A stretch of DNA of 58,252 bases, the filler included, from Sluysia triapertura (lineage: Eukaryota): the NCBI GenBank assembly GCA_046118255.1. It is 4 parts of 4 records of this genome, joined end to end, with 100 filler letters (N's around TTAATTAATTAA, not from the genome) between each part and the next. Parts side by side here need not be neighbours in the genome. Positions count along the whole stretch, not along the records: positions 19,571 to 32,915 come from JBJNIA010045348.1; positions 33,016 to 47,044 come from JBJNIA010008767.1; 2 more parts are not named here. The stretch is one strand, 5' to 3'. Shown here in pieces: positions 24,926-37,738 of the stretch. The notes under the pieces are model-generated. The model searched no databases. It saw nothing but the letters and a program-made list of their open reading frames with translations, and had not been told where the DNA came from. Made by a program: the position numbers and the translations under genes. Every line of letters begins with the position of its first letter. Within the stretch, counting starts at the first letter, position 1.

Positions 24926-27271
24926 TATTTATAATGTTTACAAATAATGTTTATAATGTCCAATCCATCACTTTGTATCAATTCTTTCTTGATTTTATAG
25001 TTCTGTAAGTTTCTTACTCATCTCCTCATCTACAGTTTGGTAATCCCAACAATTTTACATTTAAATGTTGGCTCTAACTAATATCATATTATTGTGGAAT
25101 TTAAGATGAATTTTATATTGAATAAATTTGGACTACAATGTAGTGGTTACCTACTCATTATCCAAAATTATAACACTTCGTATTACACCAAAAAATAAAC
25201 AACTACATAACCACATAACAACTAAATAACTTAAAATATTAAATCTCCATAACTTAAAATCCTTATAGTTCAAAAATTCAATAGAAAGGAAATTTATATA
25301 AAAATATCTTCAATTTCTTTCAATTCTCTACTGAAATCCTCTTCCTTGTTCTCTCTTCTATCACTCTCCGCACTCAACAACTTCAACTTTCTTTAATTGC
25401 ATAACACTCTCTCACTCTTACTTCTCTTTTTCCGTTACCACCAATTATACAAAAGTATATCAATTGGCTTTTGAATTGAAATGTGGAAAGAAACTGAAGA
25501 AGCATTGTTTCGAACCAACTGAAAGAAAAAGAAAAGTATTTAGAAAATCAACGAGAACATCACAGAAAGAAAAAAATGAGCCACATTCGCTTAAATATAA
25601 TGAAGATGAATCAATAGAATTAAAGTGCGAAATTAACAATAAAAATTCCGAAAATTCAGTTAAGATATTAGAAAATTTGGCTAAACGCATCGAACCTAAA
25701 TCAATAGAAAATAATGTTATGCCAAAGAAAAAGAAAAAATTGTTAATCAGTTACCAGATTATTTAGAAAATCAAATTAACTTAGTTCAAGCAAAACAAAA
25801 ATGGCAACGAAAAGTTTTAGTTCATTAAAACGCAAGTTACTTGTTATTCATCAGCGCCTTTAATTCCGAGAGTTAAAGAAAGACAAAATCTTAAACATGA
25901 AAAACATCAAAATTAAAGAAGGTTATTCTTTTATACAGAAAACAGACAAAAATGCAAAATAATTAATCATGGAATTGAATGAAAATTTAGATAAATCAGT
26001 TATATAAGAAGAAAGCAAATATAATTTTAATGTAAAACAAAAATTAACAACGGATAATCTATTTGGTTCAAAAATATACAATAAAAATTTTCGAGAATAT
26101 TGTAACCATATGATTGATGATAAAATTAACGATAGTTTAATAAATTTGTTAATAACTCTAATCGTGATCAAATGAAAGCACGCATTAAACGTCGTATTTA
26201 TTACAAATTACGTGAGGTGTCCAAACATGTATTTTGTACCACAATTATCATGGCTTCAATTGAACCATCAGCATCCAGAGTAATTACTGTGAGTAATGTT
26301 TACGGAATTCTACGTGCAGATTTTGTAGAAAGTCCTGATGAAAAGTTACAGATTATGAAAAAGTAAATTTTATTCTAAAAAATTTAGATTATTTCAACAA
26401 ATTCTTGACGTTCGTGAAACTCTTGGCGTAGTGAATCATTTTCAGTCAATATCAAAAGATCCGATATTATTTGAAACAATTAATGAGACAACAAATCATT
26501 TACCTGGATTCGCAGAAATCAAAATAAATAAAGGTTATGACTGAATATGCTCTAGATCAAGCTGTTTCGTCTTAAATCAAAATTATTAACAAGAACTCCA
26601 AATTTTTAATGTATCTTGAGTGATCGTTAAATGGTTACTAATGTTCACAGAATAAATGCAAATTCTAATATTTAAATCCTTGTAAATTCTATTAACAAGT
26701 ACCAGATATCACCAATTTTATTATAATAACGGTATTTATTTGACCCAAAAATAATTTATTATTTTCAAATTAATGTAGTTGTAGTAATATTGATTTGGAT
26801 TTAAAATTTAATTTTAAGTTTAAGTTTGTTAACTTTTCATTATTTATAAAGAGATTAAACTTGTAAAATTTATTAATGAAATAAGAATCGACATCTTTAC
26901 AAGGAATTTTAATATTAAGATATATTTTATAACAAATTTTATTTTCTAAAATATTATAAAATACAAAATATACGTTAAACATCGGTAAATTTATTAAATA
27001 CAACATTGGTTATATTACTAGGTAAAAGTCTTATCATACATTTCATACGATTATTTTGTTCGTTTGTGTTTGGATATTTTACTTGCCATTGACTACTTTT
27101 GACACTAAGTTCTAAAAAGAAAACATTACATTTAAGACTTATATAGTACATTTTACAAAGTAAAAATATTACTTTAAAGTTATAGTTGTCATTGAAAACA
27201 GCCTTTCTTGATTGATTTCATAACCAAATTGTAAATCAAATTCTTAATACGTTCGAAATTACCATGGAAAA

Positions 27272-27982
27272 TCAGTCATGTCCACATTTGCATCTTGCAC
27301 CGAATTTAAAACATTTTCCATCTGGTGACTTGGTATACGGGCAGATGCCACGATTATAATAATCATTTGAAATACCCTTTTCTCCAGGTACTATTCTAAC
27401 TGAAACATACGAATGATAAAAATTTTGTGAATGAATTAAATACTCATGATTTATCATGGGATTATTATTAAATTGGATGTTGTTTCGTTAGTGGTTGTAA
27501 AGTAAATCAGGGAAACGTTATTTGACAATAAATATACATTCGAAGGATTTGAGTTGATTACATATTGCTTCACATTAGAAGAATTAAAAGACATTATTTC
27601 AAATGGATTACATTTTGAGTTGTCCTGTGTTGAAGATACTGTCAGATTAAATAAATTAGGAAGTTGGAGTGTAGAACTCAATATATTAGTGATTGGGGTA
27701 GTCGTAGTTAGTACCTCTGATGCATTAATCAAACAATGTACACCCATAGCATTATGATCGAAATTTGAATTGACTGATATATTGAACTTGTTTCGAACGC
27801 GTGTGACTATCGCCATTACTTTTTGATAGCAGTTCGATCATAACTTTATTTTCTAAAAAACAGTAACTTAAGTAAATTATTTGAGTTTTATGTCGACATA
27901 AAAATATGATACATGTCTCAATCTGATTATCAAAACAATCCCTTGAATCAGCTATTACTGACTGTTTGATTTCAGATGACAT
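27272..27982 (-). pseudogene. Frameshifted ORF ending in a CCCH-type zinc finger, probably transposon-derived
   Basis: Three abutting minus-strand ORFs; the last contains CPYTKSPDGKCFKFGARCKCGH (C-x9-C-x6-C-x3-H). Confidence 0.4.
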
Positions 27983-28322
27983 TAATGGTGGATATAATAC
28001 TAACTGAAATGACGATCTTCGAAAATTACTAAGTATTGACTGTTTTGTTTAAGATTCAATTTTAATAAATTTATCATAATTGCCGCAGCTAAATTTTTCG
28101 CGAATTTCTGGAAATCTGAATAGTTAAAATTTGTCAATGTTTGTTAACCTTCTTTGTTAAACTTCTTAAAAGTACAATTTTGGTTCACTGACTAGTTGTG
28201 ATTATTATTGGATGGCCAATAATATTGTTAAAAATAAAAATGAAAAATTTTTGGACTGAGCAACTGTCATCAGTTGACAGTTAACAAAATGGTCTTTGTC
28301 AATTGATTTTTCTGCTAGTAAC

Positions 28323-28383
<61 letters not shown>

Positions 28384-28600
28384 GTAATGATAAATAATAA
28401 TAAACATAATGATAATACTAATAATAATAATAATAATAGTAATGATAAATAATAATAAACATAATGATAATACTAATAATAAAACGAGGCAATGGAATAA
28501 TAATAATAATAACAATAATGAATAGTAATAATACTAAAATAATGTAATTAATAATAACAATACTAATAAATAAAATAAAATAATGATAACAATAATAAAA
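28323..28600 (+). repeat. (AAT)n microsatellite and degenerate AAT-rich tract
   Basis: About 20 perfect AAT units followed by degenerate copies. Other arrays occur near 31035, 41711, 43205 and 49491. Confidence 0.95.
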
Positions 28601-28859
28601 TAAAAAAAATTCTTTCAAATCTTTTAATTTTTTCTTTCTTTATATCTTCTTTTCTTTTACATATCTTAAAATTAAAATTACATAAAATGCATAAGTTCTT
28701 TTAAATTCTTTTAGATTCTTTTCTTTCTTTTTCTTTTTTAAATATTTGTTCTAATTCTTGAATTTTTTAAAAGAATTTATGTAATCTAAACTAAAAAGGT
28801 AACGACGTAGTTAATGATGTTAAAAGAAATTAATAAAAGGATGTCTAAAGAAGATGATA

Positions 28860-29170
28860 GGTAACTAAAGATGTTAAAGCAATTCCATTTTGATTATGTT
28901 TATAATTATTTTGAAATGTGAATTTTGTGTTTTTCAATGATGCTGATGATTGAATGTTAAACAATTGTGAACTTGAAATGTTTTAAATTAAATTTTAAAT
29001 GTGCATTTAAAGGTTTTCGATGTAAGTATTATTTTTAATGTTATGAAATTGTAAATTAAAAATGTATTAAAATGTTAAATAATTTTAATGAATCTAAAAA
29101 AGTGAAATGTGAAATGCTAAGGAAAGTGATATTAAGTGTGTATAATAGGATTGAAATTTTGGATGAAAGG
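28860..29170 (+). repeat. Dispersed repeat family B, copy 1
   Basis: ATGTGAxTTT...TTTTTCxATGAT...GATTGAxTGTT.AA.AATTxTGAACT..AAATGTTTT is shared with ~35590-35900. Confidence 0.55.
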
Positions 29171-29489
29171 TTGACCACCACAGATATAATTTGGATCTAT
29201 CAACTCATTTGTTAATAACCGAAGATTTCAGAAATCACCTTATCGATTGACCGCTTTTTACAGCTTCAATTATTACCATTCGAGAACCATTTTTCCATGC
29301 AAAGTACGTAAGGTTATTTTATTAAGTTTTTATCCTTCTTTTAATGTAAGAGTTAACTCAAACAATTTTACAGCTATTTTAATGGTAGCTTCAAACTATT
29401 AATGAAATCAACATTTGGTATTAAAAGAAATCTTAATATCAATTAAGTATTATTTTATTATTAGAAATCTTAGTTGTATTTATTTATTA

Positions 29490-29982
29490 GTTGTACAATG
29501 ATTTTATATTTTTATAGACGTAGTTATTTGATTTTATGAGAAGAATTAGAAAAAAGTCAAATGGTATGTAAAAAATTCTGGGTCTTTCTTCAATGCATAT
29601 TGCCTCTACAAGATACGAAATTCGGTAAATATTTCATTTATGGACTTCAAGAAAGAACTAATTAGAAAGGTTTGGCAGCCAAAGCGAAATAATAAGCGGA
29701 AGACCAACTTCTGAAAAACATTTTAGGTTGAGTGGTAGACATTTTTCATCATTCATTTCTGTATCTGGTATTACCAAAAACCCTCAATATGTTCGCATTG
29801 TATGCAATGTAAGTAAAAAGAAAAAGAAGACTAGAGATATGCGTCATGTGGGGTTATGTGTGCCCGACTGTTTCACTATATATCATATGACAAAAACTTG
29901 CAGATAAATAAAAATTGCATTTTTGACAAATTTCTATATCTTGCAAAAAGATTTATATTTAAAACAAGCCCGAAAGTGTTAA
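29490..29982 (+). mobile_element. piggyBac (PGBD4-like) transposon 3' remnant
   Basis: From 29725 it reads RLSGRHFSSFISVSGITKNPQYVRIVCNVSKKKKKTRDMRHVGLCVPDCFTIYH, a degenerate piggyBac cysteine-rich domain. Upstream RR..KW..K..FNAYCLY traces are present. It ends at GCCCGAAAGTG-TTAA, consistent with a terminal repeat plus TTAA target. Confidence 0.7.
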
Positions 29983-31033
29983 GTGTTAGATCTGGTCGCA
30001 ATAATAGAGTTGATTAATCTCAGAGTTCTATTTTCATTAAACACTCACATTCTATGTTTAATTTGATTCTAATTGTTTGATAATTAATTGAAGTAAATTT
30101 ATTTAATAAGGGATTTCTAAAATATAATAAAAGAAAAGCATAGTTTAGAAATTCTTCTTGGTTCGTCACCATGGACCAAGTGTTTCTATTTTTAAAACGT
30201 TTCTGACAATATTTATGCCTTATGACCTAATTTCGGATATACTCAATTGCTACATTGATCCTTCTAAAAGTTTCACATTTACGTTACGAAATGCTTTTCC
30301 ATATCCACACACATTGCATTTATAAATATATAAACAAAATTTATTAAATATTTTTATAAATTTTATATCTATCAAATGTTCTCATTTTTAATCAATACAT
30401 AATTTTTAAGGAATAGCTTGGACGGTTCTATAAATATTGGTACTATATAAAACCTATATCGTAAAGGTCTTTTTTATGATTGGTTTCTAAAATCTGCTCC
30501 AGTCTCGGGTGTCCGTAACAATTTTAATATGATTCACAGAAATTTTTAAAATTTAAACACTATTTATTATTTATTATTATATGACTTAAATAGAAAATTT
30601 AGAGATTGAAAAATCCTTATTTCTACTAAACAAAATAACATATGAAAAATACAAAAAATTAAAATTATATTTTGATATTCATACTAACCAACTGTAACTA
30701 CTTTTGTCATAATACTTTCATGGAGCACATGATACAGTCTCATTATTTTAAAAGCTGTATTTTATTTATAAGTTGAAGTTATTAAAAGAAAACAATGTCT
30801 CAACAATGGGACATTGACGAATTATGGGTTAAACAAATATTTACTGAAATTTACTTAATCACACATTTTATTTATAAAAACGTTTATGAATTTATTCAAC
30901 TATTAAACCTTTGTTATTCATATTCAGAATAAAGAAAATAACATTTTTTATAACTCTTTTAATGAAGGTTTAACAACAGCGTCAAGAAAAATGATTTTTA
31001 TTTTTTTTCTTAATTTATTTAGAATAAATTGGC

Positions 31034-31089
<56 letters not shown>

Positions 31090-32915
31090 TTGGATACATA
31101 ACAAAAATGCAAATAACTTTAAAACATCAATTAAATAAAAATCCAAATGTCACATAAATAAAATAAAATATATATATATATATATTGAATTACAAATATT
31201 TTATAAGAAATGCAATAGTAAAAATAAAAAAATTCATTAAATATTGTAACACATTCTGAAATGTGTTTCCATATTAGAATTCAAAAAAAATATCACAATA
31301 TACATTGTAAAAAATCAAAGATAGTCGCAAATCTCAAAATTCAAATCTAATGAATTTCAAAATATGAAATATATTAATATATAGATAGTTAAACTTGTGT
31401 TGTAATTACAATGAATCGTTCTTTTTCATTATAAATATTTTTCAATGCTAATAATAGACATTAGTAGTAATTAAAATTACAAATGAATGGTAACTACAAC
31501 ACACTTTAAAAATATAATTCATATAGAGATTAGGATTTAAAATATTGAAACACTATACTATATTTATTTCTTATCTTTCTGTTGTGTCATTACAATCGAA
31601 ATGTCATATTTGAACTGATGAATGCTAAATACATAATTATCATCAATTTATTTATTAAATATAATTAATTAAGTGTTTTATGTTTTATAATCCATTTCAA
31701 AATTTTCCATTTTAATATGGATTTATTTAAATTCAAAATATAAATCAAATTATTGTTATTATTAATGTTATTATTATTGTTTTTATTAATAATAATAATA
31801 ATAACAAAGCATAAGAAATGATGAATTCAATAAATTAAAAAATTACAAGTGAATCAATACAACACAGGCAAAAATTAATTAAACTTTAAATATTACACAA
31901 TTAATTTATTACAAAAGGCGCATTTTTATTAAAAAAACAAGAACAATTTTGGAATAATCTTCTAGTAAACGTTAATTCAATATTTTTGAAGTTATTTTCT
32001 ATCAAATGAAGCTTTAAATCTACTTAAAACATTTATGGACCCCAAAAACCTATTTAAAGTTAAAAGCAGCATATATAAGACTATTAACATAAAACAATGA
32101 TGGAAACAACAATAACATCATCAAGGAAACTTCTAAATATAATAAATATAATAAATTTCAATAGCATTGTTAGTGATAATCATGCCAATAAAAGACAATA
32201 AATTAAGAATTTCTTCGGCAATATGAAAATAATACTAATTTCAAACCTATATAATCAATAATGAAATCTATCTCCAAATGTTGTTCGTTAATTTTTCGAT
32301 GTTGAATATACTTGAAACCATTCTCATTTCACACAAAGACAGATAATATTTGGATTCTCAATTCATTATAAGCGCAGTATCACTATATTATCCATAATTT
32401 TATTAAATCTATCATAAATGAAGACAATTAATGAGCACAAAATTTATGAGAATTGTGATAGTAATAAAACTCTGATTAATTTATCTAGGTCCTCTAATCT
32501 ACTTAAAACTATCACTACATCTATAATTACAGATAAATTTAGTTCAATATTGGTAATTTTTGAGTAGACAATTTATTACACATTATTTATTAGTAGAAAA
32601 ATTATAATTTCAAAACATATATTACGTATTTCGTGTAACTAAACTATCAAATTCATAGTGATGTGCTTCTACTGATTAAAACGACCTACTATCACAAATG
32701 GGAATATTATAATTAAACGGAGTTTGCATGTGATCCAAGACTTACAGCAAATGAACTGTCCAGAGAGTTATAAGAAATTGGAGGCTAAATGTAATTTTCT
32801 CGATGGGCAAATAAATGTTATTTTTGTCCGTAACCAATATCACTCAACAGGTTTTCTTTAAAACAGTTTAATAGTACATTTGTTTTCATTATATCTATAT
32901 ATATATGTATATATA

Positions 32916-33015
32916 NNNNNNNNNNNNNNNNNNNNNNNNNNNNNNNNNNNNNNNNNNNNTTAATTAATTAANNNNNNNNNNNNNNNNNNNNNNNNNNNNN
33001 NNNNNNNNNNNNNNN
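32916..33015. other. Artificial scaffold spacer N44-TTAATTAATTAA-N44
   Basis: Same 100-bp linker. Confidence 0.95.
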
Positions 33016-33881
33016 ATATTTTTTTTGTTTCATTAATTTTTTATTTAATTAAAGTTTATTTCAATTCAGATGTTTGACTTTAGGTCGATGTAAATCGATT
33101 TACTTCAGTAACAATTTGAAATTGTGTATTCTCAATCGTTATGTTGGATCTCGATTATCACAAACTTTATTTCAACGTACTACAGATTGGATTTGGTACA
33201 AAGTGATTTTTTAACGAAGCTCACTTTATTAATAACTTTTTCTTAGCAATTTTATATAACTTCACCTTGATGTTATACTTTTAAAACAAATTGCAATATT
33301 TATTGTTGTAATTAAATTTTAGATGCTTAAATTATGATTTCATTTTAAAATAAATTATATGATTGAGCTCATTATGAATATAGATCGACATATTAATCTT
33401 ATATTATATAATAATCAAACTAGGTGAAATACTAGGTGAAAGTAAAATACTTCGGAAAGTATGTAATATAGCGTCGATTGTTAAGTTTGAAACTTATTAT
33501 AAAATGCGTAAGATAGCCTTTCTACGGATTGGTAAAAAATCCTTACTTGATCAAAAGATCGACAATATTTTATATTAGGTATGTAAATTACAAATTAAGT
33601 ATAATTAATTTAGATAATAATGAAATACTTCAGAAAGAATGTAATTTAGATTGGATGTTTAAGTTCTGATTAGAGGAAAAATTGAGCAGCTTGCGTTATG
33701 CACACATTTCCGTGGGACTATTTTGTGCCTCTTTAAATGATTTATCACACATCATTGTGATTTTTTTGTGGAAACACCCATCAAAATTTGCTTAAATATT
33801 TATCATAAACCAAATTTATATTAATACTTAAAGTATATCTTATTTTAATCCTTTAATAAATTATAACTACTAAAAGTAAAA

Positions 33882-34780
33882 TTAGGTGTGTTTGAAAGAA
33901 AGATAGATTGCCAAGATTTCACGATCAAAAGTTGAATTAAGCATTTTTTGGATGGAAAATTTGTGCGAATAAAATTCAATGTGTTTCGGGTACTTGTCCT
34001 TATATAGTGTTAAAGCGGCATCCATTTTTGTATTGAATAATTTTTGTATTTTAGATGTTAAAACCAACTCTGCACATACTAGTAGAAAAGCTAGACATTG
34101 TATTTGCACAATGGAATCTTTGACTTCTCGAAAATATTATAAAGAGATGTATTTTCATTCTCTGGTTTTTATTTTCTTACGATATGATAATCTGTTAAAG
34201 TGATATAATTTGTAAGAGTTTCAGTAAGAACGACATATTAATTTACAAGGCCAAAGACATTTCGCATTTATGTCACTGTTTGTATTTGTGTGCAATTATT
34301 TATTGTTCTGTGACTCCAAAAGAGAAGGTCTGGTCAATTAATGCAATTTTAGAATAAAACATTAAATTTTTCTTGATTTTATGATGAGATTATATTCGGC
34401 CAGTCTTGGTTCTATTTTGTCTATATGTTTTGATGTGATACTGGGTCTCTGAATGCAATAATGATGTCATCTGTACATGTTGTTGCAAAAAATAAACCAC
34501 GCTGTGCCTGATACGTTTTGCAACATTATGTAAACCAAATGCCTTACGGATATACTCGAAGGGTCCGAAAGGTTTGGTTACCTGGGTCATCGTTTTACTT
34601 TCCGGATGTGATGGAAATTTGTGGTGTGTATAGGATTTGATTATGTTCTTATATAACAATTTACATTTGTTTCTCATTTTAAAGTGCTTTTTCAAAGTCA
34701 TGTTTAAAACTAGCTTAGGACCTGTCAAACAAATTAATGCTGAAGTACTAAACAAGTTCATTGATTTTCAAGTATTTATT
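33882..34780 (-). mobile_element. Ty3/Gypsy pol remnant (RT and RNase H fragments)
   Basis: TKPFGPFEYIRKAFGLHNVA (cf. TPFGLFEYxRMPFGLxNA) and FYSHKFSIQKMLNSTFDREILAIYLSFKH (cf. FFSxKLxxxxxxYSTFDRELLAIYLAIKHF). Confidence 0.8.
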
Positions 34781-35589
34781 TCCAAACCATTTTATCAATT
34801 CAGATACTAATTCTTTTGTTCTTTGAATAGTATTTTCTACGGTGTTCATTTTGTGATAATTTAAACTGATTTGTTTTATAAAATATCTTTAATTTGATTA
34901 AAAATTGATTTCTGTTAAAACATTTCACTTTATTCTTTTGACTTTGTAATTCTAAAATTCTCCTCATTATCTTTAGACAACCATTTAAAAAAATAATTGT
35001 GATTGAAATACATTAACATAAAAATTTCTTAAATTTTCTTCAAATTAATAATATTATTCGTTGTTATGTAATATTTCATTATATTTTCTTTTTGCACAAA
35101 AAGAACAAATAACTGTACATATAATGAAAAACTAGTCAATGAAGTTAGACAATTGACAACTAGACCAATTCGTATTGTAATTGGCTGCCAAATCAAAGCG
35201 AGAGAAACAAATGACATTAATAATAATTTTGATTGGGCAGTCAACAAAATATTTAGTAACGTGGAACGATTAAGTGTAATGAACCGTCATGTGTCAACAG
35301 TTGGTAAAAAAATACCAATTGATTTCTAAGGCCTGTCGACTGATGGCAGGTTAACAGAACATAAATTTTTGTGTGTTGTAAATACAGCCACTGATTGTAA
35401 TTATAAATTAATGGTGTCATTACTGGTAGTGGTAGTTACAAAGTTAATCGATAAAAATGCATTAAATAATAATAATACTATCATTATTATTATTGAAAAT
35501 TTAATACGCATAAATCTTTTGATGTTGTCTTATTAATAACACGATTTTCCTTAATATTTAGATTTCATTTTCTTAATATATTTGTAGTA

Positions 35590-35900
35590 TCTTTATTTAT
35601 TGTAATGTTAGTTCTTTTTTGATTACTATGTCTTAAATTGATTTTATAATGTGACTTTAATATTTTTCGATGATCTATAGGATTGAGTGTTGAAAAATTA
35701 TGAACTGAAAATGTTTTGGATTAGTTTGATGTATATTTGATAGTTTAAGATGTAAATTGTAGTTCTAATGTTGTGAGCTTATGAATTAAAGTGTTCTGAA
35801 TGAAATTTGAATGTGTATTAATGATTTTGGATGTAAGGATGGTTTGATATAAGATTGTGAATTTAAAATGTATTGAAAAGAAAGTGGTTTATTGGATGTG
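35590..35900 (+). repeat. Dispersed repeat family B, copy 2
   Basis: Similar to 28860-29170. Both copies are preceded by a TTGAC/GTCAA-rich block and an AAT-rich stretch. Confidence 0.55.
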
Positions 35901-37425
35901 AAGAAAATAAATTATAGCCTAGGTTTTGGTACATTCTAAAAAGGTAATTGTGTGATATTGAAAAATATGATTCTGATTATGTTGATATGGAACTATGTAT
36001 AAAAATGTTTTTAATGAGTTTTAAATTGTACATTGTATATTTTGAAAGTGAATGTGATTTTGTCGTATTTAAAAGAAAACTTTTTGTTAAAAGTAATAGG
36101 TTAAAGTACTTTATTAATACATCGGAACATATTTAACTTTAATTTTAAATTATAAATATTAATTAAAATAACTAGTTTTTACGTTACCCACGTTGACATG
36201 CTTCACATTACTTCATCATTAGAAATACTAAGAAAACTCCATACTATACACTAAATACAATATCATTATATCATGAACAAACATTTTTTGAGTTATCAAA
36301 TTAAGTTAATTAACAAATGTACTTTAATATTTTAACAAATAAAACCTTGTAAAGGGTCATTTTTTCTAATTTCTCATTATTTTGTTTTGATTCAAGTATT
36401 TTATATGCTTATTTTACCACTACAATTCATCATAATGTCTTATCTTAATTCTTTAATAACGTCCTGATCGTTATATCTACCTTTAGTTACGAAGAAATAT
36501 CAACCAAACGTTTAAATAATACTTCTATCTTGTTTATCAATTAAGAAAAATAAGAAATGAGTTAAAAAGTGATAAATTGTCACATAATAATGGTTTAGTA
36601 ACATGTTGTATTCGAGTTTATTATTTTATAATTGGTATGTGTCGTGTTTTGGAGAAAAATGTCAGCAATATGGCGCAGTCAATTGTTTTTCTTTCAATAC
36701 GGATTGAGGTCTATTATTAGTCGGATTAGAAGGAGCACATACGATTTGTGGGATCCAAGCCGAAATTATTGCGATCCACTACAAAGTTTCCATATAATAC
36801 TGCATAATTACAGTGATCACTGTTTAGCCGTATATCGAGTCGATCAGCAGATTCTGAAAACTCGACACATTTTAATTAAGTAATATTAATGAACATGTTC
36901 TACGCAATGTAAATTATTTTCATGTACCTGTACATGCTGGAAAATATTTAATCGATTACGATACTAATAATAACTTATATATTTGCTTCTTCTTGTCGTA
37001 TAATTTCCTGTGTACTATGCGTTTTGAAAAAGGTAATCGAGTAAATATAAAACAATATTTATTTTGTGTAATGCAGTTAAATTTTAATGAGATTATATAT
37101 TTGAAAACTGTGAAAACGAATTTTAAGTTATCAATAACAAAAACATTAGACTTCTTTCAAACGTTTTACAAAAAAAAACTCCTGAATTATATGTAATTCA
37201 AACGTCAGATTCATCAATCAAACATATTACTACACGAAATCGATTATTAGAATATTTTAACATTATTTTTACCACGATTTTGTATATACTTATTTCGACC
37301 AAAGAGTGTATATTTAGATCTAGGATGAGCTGAAGGAAATTATGACGCTAGATAAATTTAACAATTTTTGTACGTGTTGGGATAGTGATAGTGTAACTGA
37401 CTATAATAAAACAAAATTGTTAGAC

Positions 37426-37508
37426 GGGTGTTATAGCTCAGTGGTTAGAGCATCGAACTGCAAAGATGTAAAGATAGAAGATCCTAGGTTCGATTTCCGG
37501 TCAGCCCA
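37426..37508 (+). pseudogene. tRNA-Cys(GCA)-derived pseudogene or SINE-like head, copy 1
   Basis: GGGTGTTATAGCTCAGTGGTTAGAGCATCGAACTGCAAAG...GGTTCGATTTCCGGTCAGCCCA has an A box, a CT-GCA-A loop and a B box, but poor stem pairing. Confidence 0.7.
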
Positions 37509-37664
37509 TATATCGAATACCCTTCTAATTTTGAATTAAATGATTTATAAGATGTTTGAGGTCAAACATAAATGAATGGGTGAGATACGTTGAGATACAG
37601 ACCTAAAGTGCCACAGAATAATAATAATAGTATAATTGACTATAATAAAACAAAACTGTTAGAC

Positions 37665-37738
37665 GAGGTTTATAGCTCAGTGAGCACACCATCAAACTGC
37701 CTAGCGAGAGGGGCCGGTTTTGATTCCCGATCAGTCCA
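37665..37738 (+). pseudogene. tRNA-derived pseudogene, copy 2 (more decayed)
   Basis: TATAGCTCAGTG...AACTGC...GGTTTTGATTCCCGATCAGTCCA, preceded by the same 28-nt leader as copy 1. Confidence 0.6.

Noticed and set aside
25464-26600. Degenerate K/N/E-rich coding-like region
   Set aside because: Many stops and no motif I can assign; probably transposon debris but not supportable.
28315-28618. Poly-Tyr/Ile/Leu ORFs
   Set aside because: They are translations of the (AAT)n microsatellite.
36632-36883. Tc1-like VFW..MSA motif ORF
   Set aside because: The similarity is too short, with no DDE triad or terminal repeats.
37426-37508. Functional tRNA-Cys gene
   Set aside because: Acceptor and anticodon stems pair poorly and extra bases follow the anticodon, so it is treated as a pseudogene.
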